Assembly (NCBI GenBank): GCA_013239625.1
Contig: MU054323.1
Coordinates: 4,690,214 to 4,754,213 of the forward strand
Length of the DNA: 64,000 nucleotides
Direction: 5' to 3'
Origin: Lama guanicoe
Taxonomy: Eukaryota
Part shown: positions 38,501 through 50,800 of the stretch, piece after piece
Position numbering within the stretch: position 1 is the stretch's first letter
How the letters are laid out: each line of letters begins with the position of its first letter
Notes under the pieces: generated by a model
Databases searched by the model: none
Seen by the model: only the letters and a program-made list of their open reading frames with translations
Told to the model about the DNA's origin: nothing
Position numbers and translations under genes: made by a program

Positions 38501-39989
38501 ATACTGTTACATGCTTACCATTAAAAAAAATAAATAGTACGTATTGTTGGACAAAATTGAACATTCAACACACACACACACACACACAACACATAAACAA
38601 AAGGAGTCTGCCAGATTGTTACAAATGCTGTCTATGTCATATAGCTCCTGTAAAAGGGAGAAAGAGGAAATTTTACGCATAGATCAATGTCATCTCACTC
38701 ACTTTCCCCGAGACTGGTTTGTTTGCTAGATAGCAACGTCTCAGGGAAATGGCCTGGGGCAAATCCATCACTAACAAGATACCCAGTTTTTATGATTTCA
38801 GAAATGGTCCTCCTAAGCATCCACTTTGCAGAATGACTTTAATTCAAAAATTCAACGTATTCCCTGCACTCAGACAGCATCTTCTACGGGGCTGCAGACT
38901 GAACACAGCCATGGTGAACAAAAACTTCAGTCTCTGGCTGAAATAATGTGGTCGGGGAGCCGTGTTGTGTGAAGGCAATCACAGGCACAGCTGGGACTCC
39001 TTGGAGCTGTCAGAAAATGGAACAGAGTCAGGGTTGCTTTGAAGAGCTTCTGACCTGGAGGCCAGGCCCCATCAGCATGAGTCTGTTAGGGCAAATTCAC
39101 GGCCGAGCTGTTTGATCCCTAGTCACTCCAGCACTTTCAGAGAAGGGTCTTGATCGCTCTCACTGGACATCAGAGAGCTGCAAGGCCGTGTCAGCACAAG
39201 ATCTGGCGTAGAGCGCACATGGAAACGTCTATCAACCTTTCCCACTTGGTCAAGTTTGCATCCCCCTGTCACAGGACACGTCCATGAGACTGGGCTGGAG
39301 GGAGACTGTTGGCCTGTCTCTTCACTTTGGATGTTCTCTTTCTCTGACTGGTTTTGTCAGTTCAGCCAACACTTCCAACCTGCCAAAGGAACACAGCCCA
39401 CGTGGGCCAGGGGCGTTGTGTGAGCAGAATAGGCAGCAGAAAATATCCAAGCCCATGACTTGAGACTGCCTTTGTTCTTAGGTAACCAGATTCAAAATAA
39501 AACATAGATCCCAGTGCTTTTGTCCTTAAGACACCGAAGAGTCTGGAAGTAGTTTGAAGCCCAGGTCAAGATCTCTAGACCAAGCTGCAGCCCTGAGTCA
39601 TTCCTTTCCCGGGGCTAATTCTGTCAGCGAGATGTTTTCGAGGAAATATTATTTCACCATCTTGTCTTTCCAAGTTTCCAGGAATTGTCCCACCTAACTC
39701 TAGTTCCTCTTCCCTTCCCACTTGCTTTTACATCCATGCAATCTCACTTCTGGGTCTTTGGAAAATACCAAACACATAAATTCACTCATTCCTCAAGTGA
39801 ATCCCCTGAGCATTGGCTAAAAGAGAGATTTTAGGCTAGTGAGAAAGCTAGTCATAAACTAATATTTGCTTTTCCCCTTCATCTTCTAAGCAGAGACAAA
39901 TGCTTTGATTTCTGAAAGTGTTTGCATGTGTGACTTTGGAGTTAAACGGGATTAGTTAGTATCTTAGCAAACATGTGGGAATTATAAAG

Positions 39990-40215
39990 TTACCTCCAAT
40001 TCTGAATAGCCATGTATCATAGCCAAGAAGCCGGCACTGAGGGAGCAGGGGAAATAAATGCCCAACCTCTTTCTCCTCTTACTTTCCAACCTCTTGCTGA
40101 TTCCACAGAATGGTTCCAACCTTACTGAAGCAAGAGAACAGGAGGTCTGGTTGAAGCATTCCTTAGACATCAGCCTCCCGGAGTGCAGAGTAGGATAAAG
40201 AGAGAGAAGCATGGC
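39990..40215 (-). mobile_element. ERVL LTR fragment (LTR16-like)
   Basis: gggagcaggggaaataaatgcccaacctctttctcctcttactttccaacctcttgctg...agacatcagcctcccggagtgcagagtagg. Confidence 0.6.
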
Positions 40216-40299
40216 GAACTTATTCTCATGCAGACCCTAGAGGTATGTGGAAGGCTTGATTCAACTGGGATGACTCCAGAACTGTGACTATATCTTCTG

Positions 40300-41355
40300 T
40301 GACTGCGTGCCTCAAGCCTCAATCTTCAAACTTCTTTTTCTGTGTTTACTTCTTAGATGATTTCATCCAATCTCCTGGCTTTAAATACCATCTGTACTCT
40401 GATGACTCTCAAATTCTTCCTGACCTTTTTTCGGGTTCTAGTTGTAAACTTGACATCTCCATGAAGATGTTGCAAATGTCACCCACTCACTACAGGAATG
40501 CCATCTATTGCCTACCCCCCACATGCTTCCACCAACATCTGGCTCATCCTTCCTGGTTCTCCATATCAGTAAGTGGTAACATCGTTCCTCCAGTTGCTCA
40601 CATCAGAAATCAGTGAGTCATCCTTAAATTCTTTTTCTTACCCTTCGTTTCCATTTCATTTGCAAGAGTACATTCAAAATACACCCTAAATGTATCGACA
40701 TCTTCCCTGCTATATATCTACTGAGTTCAAGATTAGATCGTGGCAAATGCCACCACACTTCTCTGTGCTCCACTTTTGGTCCCTCCCACACGGAGCATAG
40801 TTACTTCTTCACAGAGCAGGAACTACTGTCTTCTGAAGATCCTCCTGGCTTCCTACTGTAGTCAGAATAAATTATGAACTTCTGATCCTGGGCTTCTGAG
40901 GGCTCACGTGATCTGGCCCTTTCCTCTCTCCTAGACGTCATCTTTATTTTCCTCTTCATTTATTCCACTTCCGCCCAGGGCCTTCGTGCTATTTCTCAAC
41001 AATACCAAGGTTATTCCAGTTTCAGGTTGTTTTCCCTTGTCTTCTGCCTCCTCCACTTTGCCCTCAGATTTCATAGTGTTCACTCTACCTCTTTATTCAT
41101 ATCTCCTCTCAAATGTTACCTCTGGGTCTTTCCTAACTTCCTTTATCTAAAAATAACCTCGCCTTCTGCATTACTTTTTCTGACGTTATTATTTGAAATT
41201 ACACTATATCATACCATGTATCAAATCATATTGTATATTTAATGCCTATTTCTCAATTGCAATGCAAGCTCAATCAAGGACAGTTTTGTTTGTTTTGTGC
41301 TGATCCACATAAGTCAGTAAATAGTAGCTGCTCTAAATATATTTTTGACTAAGTG
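40300..41355 (+). mobile_element. L2 LINE, long 3' fragment
   Basis: atttcatccaatctcctggctttaaataccatctgtactctgatgactctcaaatt...ctcaaatgttacctct...ctctaaatatatttttgact. Confidence 0.85.
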
Positions 41356-42019
41356 AAAAAATTTTGCATATTTAGTAATTTGTATATATATTCACAAGAA
41401 ACTTCTGCAACTACAAACTTGCATCCCAGCTTTACTGTGGCCAAAGCCAGGCTCAGATATCCTCTACCCGTCCCCACCTTTGTCCTGGAGAAGCTGGGAA
41501 AACCGTTAAAAAAAAAATATATACTATTTCAGGAAATCATGCATCTCTCTTTTTAACTTTTCTACACAAGTCCATAATAATATCCCATTGGGCTAAAAAC
41601 AAAATCATTTTTTTTTTAATTTACAAAGACAGATGCTTACTAGGGCAAAGAGCAGGAAATTATAATATTCTAGCATTTATAATAACCAATGCCAATCTTG
41701 GTGTATGTGTGTGATTATTCTTAGTGAATGAGACAGGATTATAGACTTGTGGGCATTTCTGGGAGGGCTAATGGATCACGGAGTAGAGGAGGAACAATCA
41801 GTACGGACTGTGAACAAGACACAGCTTTGGTGGGGATGGACTGTCAGACCCTAAGCTGATAGACATAATCAGGGTTGAGATTTGAGTCACTGATTTGAGT
41901 CAAGCTTTGCTATGCTCCACTCCGAACGAGCTTCCCACTTTTCTACGCAGTATTGTCTTCCTAGGCACCGCTAAAGTGGCACTTTCACAGCAGTGCTTTC
42001 CTTGGTTCTAATGTGGCAG

Positions 42020-42477
42020 TGAGCTTCAGCGAAAATAGAGGGAAGCCTCATTATAATTGAGTCAGGAGGCCAGAAAGGGGAGCTCTCACACAAGTACTAC
42101 TGGACAATACAGATCTCAACAGGAAGAGACGCACCTTGCATCTTCCAGCAGGAAGTGACAAGACTTTACTTTCACCAGCAGGAGGGGGAAAGATTTCCTC
42201 CTCTCTGGTAACAGCTCAGCCAGTGAGAGATGGTCACAACTCAGCCAATGAAAAGCCACTATCCTTGGAAGTCCCGCTTTCCTGCAGTGGACTCTTTGTG
42301 TATAACCGTCCCTCCCAGCTTACCCTCTCCTCCATAAAAGAGCATCCTATCCTTATCTTTACTGAACTTGCATGTGGTTCGCCATGGTTATATGTCCCTA
42401 ATTGCAATTTTTGCTGCTTTAGAATAAACCTGTTTTGTTGGTAAAATTACTGGCTGTTTTCTTGTTTTCGGTTAGCA
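42020..42477 (+). mobile_element. Solo endogenous retrovirus LTR (ERV1-like, subfamily not identified)
   Basis: U3-R-U5 order visible: CAGGAAGTG 42149-42157, CCAAT 42245-42249, TATA-like CATAAAA 42333-42339, AATAAA 42423-42428, end ...ggttagCA 42477; 5' boundary uncertain. Confidence 0.7.
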
Positions 42478-42999
42478 TGTTCTTTCTCAGTTTTCCCATA
42501 GTGTTTCTTTTGTACCTCTTTTATGGCCTTCATCACCTTTAAGTAGTTACACGCATCCATCCCGGGCCCAACTGACAGTACACTGTTTGGTGGCAGTGAC
42601 CGTCTCATGCTCCCCCCATCTGTCATGCATACAGCCTTGTCCATTGCAAATGCTCAAGAAACAATAAATGAAAGATCCCCGAGGTACAACTTGTCTCAAT
42701 GAAAGTCATAAGCATGGAGTGCCTAGCTTCAAGACTAAACCCGAGTTACAGACAGAGAAATCAGTTTCACAGCAGCAAAGATTTCAACGATAGTGCCTCC
42801 CTAAGCAAGATTTCACTCTTTCAGAAGAAGAGAAAGTGGCACTCCATTCAGCAGTCCATGTCCCACCTAGCAGAACGCTTTGCCCTGATGTTGAGAGTCA
42901 CCATTCATTTTTCAGATCAATGTCTGCAACACAGTTGATGCACACAACAAGTTCATCAACATTTCAAGGCATCTGTGTTAAAGAATGAAGGCCATTTTT

Positions 43000-43170
43000 C
43001 ATGCTTTGGCTCTAGTCTTTACTAACTATTTGAATCCCGTTTGGTTTCTTATTCTCGCTGAGCCTTAGATTCCTCCTCTGTAAATTTAGGAAAATATCCC
43101 TTAAATCACAAGGGTTGTGCATGAAATAAATTAGAAAGTAGCTGTGAATTTCTTTTGTAAAAATAACTTC
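43000..43170 (+). mobile_element. MIR SINE fragment
   Basis: ctcgctgagccttagattcctcctctgtaaatttagg...aagggttgtgcatgaaataaattaga. Confidence 0.7.
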
Positions 43171-43209
43171 GTAAGCTATGAAGTATATGTGCAGGATTAT
43201 ACCCTTGAT

Positions 43210-43403
43210 TTTATTATATTTATTTTTTCATTTCTTTAACATTTTGTTATTGAAGTATTAACCTTTACTTATTTATTTATTTTATTTCTTTTAAAATTTT
43301 TTATTGACGTATAGTCAGTTTACAATGCTGTGTTAATTGCTGGTACATATATATTCTTCTTCATTAAAGGCTATTACAAGGTATTGAATATAGTTTTTCT
43401 GCT
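43210..43403 (-). mobile_element. Cetartiodactyl/camelid-type L1 3' tail
   Basis: ttttttattgacgtatagtcagtttacaatgctgtgttaatt...ggctattacaaggtattgaatatagtt; a second short tail start (taacattttgttattgaagtat) lies just 5'. Confidence 0.8.
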
Positions 43404-43511
43404 AGCACAACTCTCCCTCCTTAATTTGGTAAATAAATCTCCCCATTCAATACCAAGTGTTGCCTCTGACCTGCCATGAGAGTAAAACTTACTTCTGCCC
43501 CTACCTCCTAA

Positions 43512-43513
43512 AT

Positions 43514-43568
<55 letters not shown>

Positions 43569-43589
43569 TTTTTGCTTAGAGGAGGTACC
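43512..43589 (-). repeat. (ATTT)15 microsatellite with remnant of a vic-1-like SINE tail
   Basis: (ATTT)15 at 43512-43571, then ttgcttagaggaggtac, similar to the ggaggtac tail junction of the SINE at 9.1 kb. Confidence 0.8.
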
Positions 43590-43696
43590 TGGCTCATAAT
43601 TTACCCAAGTTCTTCCCCAGGATTCTGTAAATAAAATCAAAGAAAAGTGTATTTTGCTCTGGTTTTCTGAAACTCAGGTTATTTAAATTTGGGATC

Positions 43697-44075
43697 TGCC
43701 ATAGACTGAGTGTTTGTGTCCTTTCTCCCCCCATCCCAAATTCCTATGTTGAACCCTAATACCCAGTGTCATGGTATTTGGATATGGACCCTTGGGAGCT
43801 GATTATTATGTCATGAGGGCGATGCTCTCATGAATGGAATTTGTGCCCTTAGGAAAGAGACCTCAGAGATCTTCCTCACCCCGTCTGCCATGTGAGGACA
43901 CACAGACAGAGAACAGTCACCTATGAGCCAGGAAGTGGGCCCTCACCAGACACTGAATCTGCTGGCACCTTGATCTTGGACTTCAAGCCTTCAGAACTGT
44001 GAAAATGAAATTTCAGTGGTTAATAAGCCAGCCTGTCTAAGGTATTCTATTTATCAGCCCAATTGGATTCAGATA
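43697..44075 (+). mobile_element. Complete solo MaLR LTR (MLT1A/MLT1A0-like)
   Basis: Starts tgccatagactgagtgtttgtgtcc; contains ccctcaccagacactgaatctgctggcaccttgatcttggacttc; 5-bp TSD GGATC at 43692-43696 and 44076-44080. Confidence 0.92.
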
Positions 44076-44589
44076 GGATCTTATGATAATAAGTTCCTCC
44101 ATGTGTGCACTAAGATGCAGGAAAAAAGACTTGACAGCAAGAGCTAAGAATGAAGTGAGTGAAAAGAGTAAGTAGATGTGACAATGAAGATGAATATAGA
44201 GCACCCTAAGATATCCACATTAACAGGGCCCCTGGGTCCCCCAAACCCTGTGTCCTGTTCTATTTTATTTGTTAATTTGTGTGCTTTTTTTATTGTGATG
44301 CATTTATGGGAGGCATGGAAATTCTAACTCACAGTTCTCATTTGTATCAGGTACCTATTCAGGAAAATGTACAAACAGCCCAAACTCAAGGGTTGCCTGG
44401 AGCCTCCTCTTTGACCTTCTCCTAGCCACTGGCTTCCATGTTCACAAGCCACAGGACATAAGAAGTGCTCAATATACATTTTCTGAAAAGATAAAAATTA
44501 AAAGATGATCTTTCATTAGGATATGGGGTTGTAATATCTTTGGACAACTTCTTCGTCCTTAGTGAGTTAATAGGTGGTGGACACTGGTG

Positions 44590-45790
44590 AGTATTTTAAA
44601 TAGAGTATAATCAGATGATTCACACAGGGTGACACAATTAAACAAAGACAAGTATCTACTCACTTTGGGGCATTCCAGGAAGGCTTCGTGGAGGAAGTAC
44701 TACCTGAGCTATGTCTTGAAAGTAGAATAGCGGTTTGTTAGGTTAGGAAGAGTGTACATCAAAGAGAAGGCCATTAAAGGCATCTGAGCAGCGCAACCAT
44801 GGTGTCGAGACCACACGAAGTGTGCGGGCGTCTATACTGGTTCCATATCATTGGAGTGCAATGGGAGAAGATGTGGCATACGTAAGTGCCTGAAGAGACA
44901 GGCATCACTGGATGGTTATACAAGTGAGAGAGAAACATTATGGGACTTCATTTTTAATGATTTCATCTTGGCAACTGGGTAAAGAAAATGTCAAGAATTG
45001 AAACAAAGGGAGGTGGGAGGAAAGATACTCAACCTACAGCCAGAGTTGACTGTTTAGACTAGAGACTATGTCCCAAGTAATAGAAAATTCAAGCAAAAGT
45101 GTATACTGAGAGGTTATTAGTTATCACTGAACAAACTCAGGAAAACATACAAAGTTACAATACATGATATTTGTTCGATTTCGTTTTGGGTATGAGCAAG
45201 ATAAAAAATTAAAGGATGACCACCAGGCTTCTGGCTGGGAGCTTAGGTGAATAATGGTGTCATGAACACAAAAAGAAAATCACGTTTGGGGTTGCATGGA
45301 GAGTTGAATTTAAAATACGTTCATTTTAAAGTTCCTGTGATATATCCAATTAGAGATGATTACCAGAAATCTACACACACACACACAAGTATGAAGCTCA
45401 GAAGACAAGTTAGGGCTAGAAATATTCATATAGGTGTCATTACTACGTAGGCGGTATTAAAGTCGTAAGAATCGACGGGATCCCTGGGGATTGTATAGTA
45501 CACAGGCCTGTGGACTGGGGATTCAACTCTTGGGACACTAGCACTTAAACTTGAGCATGAAAATAGATGCTGATAAAAATGGGAATAATCAAGAGCATTA
45601 AATCAATCAGAGTTTAGTTGGATAAAGTATTCATTGCATTTACCGATTAGAACATCACTGAGACTGTAGCCAAAGAGCAGAATGAGTGGAGTGAAGACAG
45701 AAGCCAGTAGCTTTGAGATGCAAAGTGACAGTGAGGTAAGCAAACGAGCCCAGTAAGTGGAGGGTATTATTCTTAGAAGATTAGCTATAA
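44590..45790 (-). mobile_element. L2 LINE fragments
   Basis: caggaaggcttcgtggaggaagtactacctgagctatgtcttgaaag; ttaaaggatgaccaccaggcttctggctggg; gaagctcagaagacaagttagggctagaaatattcatataggtgtcatt. Confidence 0.75.
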
Positions 45791-45839
45791 AAAGCACACA
45801 GAGCTGTCAAACAGGCTACGGGAGGAAAATGTGACAGAA

Positions 45840-46100
45840 CAGTCTCTTGGGCGGCAGTGACAGTGATGCTGATGGTGGCTTTGGGTACCCAAGGTTAGCA
45901 GTATGGGTGGTGTGAACAGCGGTGCTCAGTGCCCCGTGTGGCGTCTGTCTGGGGATGGTGTCCTCACCACGTCAAGTCCGCAGGTGATTTGGGCACGTTC
46001 TTGGTTTTATAACCCTGACTCTGGCTCTTAATTCCCTGTCTTTCCTACTTAAATCATCCAGAGTTAGCTTATTTTGTTTGCAAATGAGTATGCCTACGGA
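45840..46100 (+). mobile_element. ERVL LTR fragment (LTR33/LTR67-like)
   Basis: 3' end tttcctacttaaatcatccagagttagcttattttgtttgcaa...ctacggata resembles ERVL/MaLR LTR termini. Confidence 0.4.
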
Positions 46101-46849
46101 TAGTTTGGGCTTCAGTGTCTCGAAGAGGGGAAGCTAACGAGGCGATTTAAGATTTGAGAATTGCAGATTTAAACTCTGAGATCTAAGGATCTTGAAAGGA
46201 AATCTGTGTTCTCAACCAGCCGGGGTTGCTTTCTTTTGTTTATTTCATGGCTTTTCAACTACCTAACTAACCAACCAGCTAATAAACGAATCAATCAAAT
46301 ATACTTATCAATAATGTGTTGATCCTTCTTTGCTTGGTGCTGTGAGGAACGTGGGGGATTAAAGTTCCCGTTATCCAGGAGGTCACAGTGCAGGTAAGTG
46401 GTCTAGTTAAAATCATGAGCATAAACTGCCGCAGCACGCGTGCTGCTCGTGAGCCCTCCCAGGGCAGGGAGTGTCCCTGTGCTTTGTGTCCACCCAGTTC
46501 CTTAGGAGGAGCCAGAGGGTCTTTTAACAACCCAAAGCTGCTGCTCCTTGACCCCCTCTACCAAACAACCCAGGGTGGACGGACTAACTCAAATCTCAAG
46601 GAAACTTAGTTGGGGGAGCTCAACCTTAGGGTCTCCAGAAGTCGCACTGGGTATCTTTGGAAAAGTCCTTAACTTCGTAGAACTGACCTGACACCAATAG
46701 TATGACTTTTCAACTCACCAGATTCTCAGTGTAATTACAGAGAACTTGCAGTGAACCCAGCCCTACTTCTGCTACACTTTAATAACTGATGCCTAGAAAG
46801 ACTGATTAAACACTCCCCACATGCTCACACTGTCACTTGAAAAAGAATA

Positions 46850-47215
46850 GACTGGACAATGTTACGGAAACAAATAATTTCTAAAATCTTAGTAACTTAA
46901 CAAAATGGCATTTAGTTTTTCTCCTAAAATCTGCTATTAGCTCATGGGACTCGTCTCCATGCAGTGATCCAGGGGACTGTATTTTTGACATTTCTATTTC
47001 AACACTTGGTCTTCGAGCTTGCCATGGGAGGGGGACAGAAAACTGGAGGGTCATGCATTGTCTTTTAAATACTTTGGCTCAGAAGTGATATACGTCACCT
47101 CTGCTTGTGTTTTATTGGATAAAACTCATCATCTGTCCCTGATAACTGTAAAGAGGGCCCAGAATTATGGAGGAGCCCATGAAATACCCCACTTATATGA
47201 CTGTCTCTTCCATAC
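46850..47215 (-). mobile_element. MaLR LTR (MLT1I/J-like)
   Basis: aacaaataatttctaaaatcttagtaacttaacaaaa...ggctcagaagtgatatacgtcacctctgcttgtgttttattggataaaactc. Confidence 0.7.
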
Positions 47216-47269
47216 CATTATTTTAGGGGGGAACTAGGACTTAAAAGCTATAGAAAATATAGAAGAGCG

Positions 47270-47810
47270 TTCATTTGCTCATGTTTTCAACTATTCATCC
47301 ATTCTCAGCACTGTGTGCCTGACTCTGTACTGGGTGCTGAAGATAAAAAATAATAAATAGATTTCCCTCTTTAAGCTTTTCACTGCCTAACGTAGGATTG
47401 AACTCAGAGAGAGAAAGAGATTTACTTAGCTTATTTATTTACTTATTCATGTATTTATTTATCAATCAATCCCAGGGAGTAGTAAAACAACAGCTACTTA
47501 ATAAGTGCTGTCTAGTTAAACCTTCTTCCGAGTTTTGCTCAGATATTGCCTCCTCCAGGAAGCATTCCCTGATCACCCTCTTTAATAGTACAGGGTACTC
47601 AAGCACTCATTCTCTTTGTTACAATTTAGTTTTCTCCAAAGCACTTATGACTGTCCCTGAGAGTTGCCTGTTGTGTCACTCCTGACAATACACTGTACCC
47701 TTAAAGAAGGCAAACATATTTGTTTCTCTTAATTCAGTGTCATTTCAAAGCTTCCACAATAATACCTAAAATACAGTAGGGTCAATAAATATTTATTGAA
47801 TTATGTGACT
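47270..47810. mobile_element. Two L2 3' fragments in opposite orientation
   Basis: Minus: ttcatttgctcatg...tgtgcctgactctgtactgggtgctgaagata; plus: gctcagatattgcctcctccaggaagcattccctgatcaccc...tacagtagggtcaataaatatttattgaat. Confidence 0.7.
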
Positions 47811-50800
47811 GAAGAAAATGACCAAAGCATAAAAGAAGTAGGAGAGATGAATGATGAGATTTTAGGAGAGAGCCTTCCTTCCAAAGGCCTGCAGGTCAGG
47901 GAAAGTTTGCTGGTAAAACTGGACAGTAAATGGGCTGGTTTGCAAAGTGGCTTTCCCAAAAAATGTCCATCAAAACATCGCGTCACCATCAAGGTGAGTG
48001 AGCAAGGGGTCGGTTCAGAGCTAGGCGGATGAATGGGGACAGAAGAAAGTTATTCTGTACCCTCAGTGACTGCAGCCTCTGCTCATCAGCTCTAGAGTAA
48101 GACATGAAATTCTTGTATTAGTGTCAGTCATGAACTTTAAGAAACTCTCCAAGATGCCAGGATAGTGGAAAGACTGGAAAGATGTGTAACCATCTATTTT
48201 GCAGGGACAAGTGCTGGAGAACTCACCAGAATGAGTAAGCTCAAGGTCAGCAGGCAGGTTACAAAGTCGTTGTTATTTTTGTTTATTTCTGTGTTTTTGA
48301 GAGAACTCAGCAGAGTAAGTGAAGCGGAACAAAAACATACTAATAGGTTGGCTGGAAATAATAAAAACTTACGTGTCCTTCCAGGGCCACCACAAATAGC
48401 ACCTCCTTTCCTGATCATTTCACCGTCTCTCTTTCTAAAGGCACACGTCACATCCTCTACACACCTTGTCTGGGGTACAGATGAATTTGCCAAAAGTTAA
48501 TTAACTGAATACTCACTAAAAAGTGAATGATTTGTTTGAAGAATCAGTTTACTCATTATAATCTGTAACATGTATGTGTAACAGCTAACAGTTGTTTTTT
48601 TTTTAACAGAGTGTCCTGCTTTTTGTGACCCAGTGCCTGGAACGTACTTGACACCCAGTAAGTGCTCACTGGCTCAAATCTGAAGTCCACATTTGTGCAG
48701 AAATATCCTCCATTATTGTCTCCTTTGAAAGTAATCTCCCTAAGGCAGAAGCCTGAACCGCACCATCCCATAAGATGGTAACATACTTTGCCAAGCACCA
48801 CGTGGTTGTGTTCATTTTTGTTTCTGTTTCATTGTTCGTAGACAGTAGTTATGCATTAGCTGGTTTTATTTTTACACTAGAATTCTGTGCCCTTTGTGCA
48901 CGATGTAGAAGTTAATTGGCAGCTAACTCACCCTGATGACAACTTTGCTGGGCTTGAGGGACATATTTTCGTAAATTGCCACATTTTTGATAGATTTTAC
49001 CAGGACTGGTTTACTTAGAGATTGTTATTACGCTCCAGCAGGACTCGCTGCCTCTGCTCCGTGCAGATGACGGGGTAGAAACTCATGCTCTCTTACTTCT
49101 TAGCAACAATGATAATAACAATGTAGATGCAGTGTGTGTTTTCACAGCATAGCAAAGAAAGAAGAAACCCAAGAGAGCCCACACAGCCATCGGAGCATTT
49201 ACTGTGAAACTAGAACAAAGTACTATAATTTCAAAGATGCTGTTAAAGGCATCTTGCCTTACAGAGAGGCACTGAAGAACACATCCATTAGACATGAACT
49301 TCTGTTAGATCTATGAGCAGGCTTCTCTCTAACAGAGGTCAATAATGTTGTTTTCAGGCTGCTTTCTGCCTGAAAGCAGTTACAACAGCTTTGCTAAATC
49401 CCAAGGAACCGTATTCCCAGTGGTTCCGTGGAGCCTGATTCTGAGAGCACTCGACTCGCTTTCATGTCCAAATCCAGTGCTGAATGGGGGCCTGCAGGAA
49501 TCCCTAGCCTTCTCAGGGCCCCTGTTTTCTCATCTTTAAAAAAGAGAACTGTATGATCAGGTGACAGCTGCACTCCCAGTTAAATTCATTTAAGTCCTCT
49601 CTGATGATTATGAGGTCCAGGCAGTGCGTGTGATGAGGAGGTGGGTGTTGGGAAAGGATGCTATCTCAAGGGGTTACTGGTAGAATGCGGAGCGATTTGA
49701 TCTTTCTCGAAAATGCGTGAAGCACTGACTACGCAGAGCTTTCTAACTGCAGGAGAGGAGGTGATGGAACACTCAGAACAGCTCCCTCCTTGCTCTGGGC
49801 TTCGCAAGTGCGGAGGGAACCCCGGATGGGTGGGCTTTCCATGTACAGAAGCTCCTTATTCAACTCTCACTGCCAAGGGATGAACCATCATTATAAATAC
49901 AAGCATTTTCATAGTAAAGAGTTATTCTGGTTGACAGTGTTAACTGAACAAATGAATCATCCACCTACCTGCCTTCTTAAGAAAGGACATGGTTTAATCC
50001 CTCACTAACCAGGGATCGTTATTGTGAATGTTCACTGCTGTGGTGGGTGGCACGGTAGCTGGGTCACCAGTCAACTTGCCCCTGCATCAGGCATCCCTCT
50101 TCGGGGACCCATCAAAGCCGAGACCAAGGATGCCCCACCTCCGCTCTCCAGTTTGTTCACAAGTTCTAGTGCATATATGCTTCTATGTGTGTGCACCAGA
50201 AAGGATCCGTGTGTCCCTTAGACTTTTCAGGAAGTCCATATCCAAGTTGTTAGGGTTTCCTAACCCTAAACACTGAACTATGCGAAGTGGCCCAAAGAGC
50301 GATGTTCATGTGACTGCAAATGTGCTAAACCAAGGCCATCACCTTCATCCGCTAGCGAGGTGCTAGACACAGAATGCAGAGAAAATAGGTTATGTTTTAA
50401 ATACACATGGGCTTGGAACTACGCTAGTAGTTACCTTCCTTAGTGGCATAAAGGAGTTGTCTGATAGACAGAGTAATTGAATTGCATGCTGGTTAACTGA
50501 CTAGCAAAAAATCCACATGTTAACTTCCCATGACCCTACTTCTTCTTTGTAACCCCCTGAATCTCCCATGCTGCATGTTTGCTGCCTTGGGTCTCCTTAG
50601 TCACCTTGAAGTTTGCCTTATTATCCATCATTTCCAATAACCTAAACTGTGTATATACCTCCTTGGGCAGAGGCACAACGTATTATCTGGACCTGACATT
50701 TGAGGCTTCATTTTTTAAAAATTCAATGACATTGTAACTGGAAGGAATAACAGCAATTAGCAATGTGAAATGCAAAAGTAATTAATAACCATAAGCTCAT

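Noticed and set aside
46380..46400. Perfect donor CAG|GTAAGT
   Set aside because: No convincing upstream acceptor; isolated donors are expected by chance.
49600..49735. TGATGA and CTGA boxes suggestive of a C/D snoRNA
   Set aside because: No terminal stem or recognisable rRNA-antisense element, and these short motifs are common.
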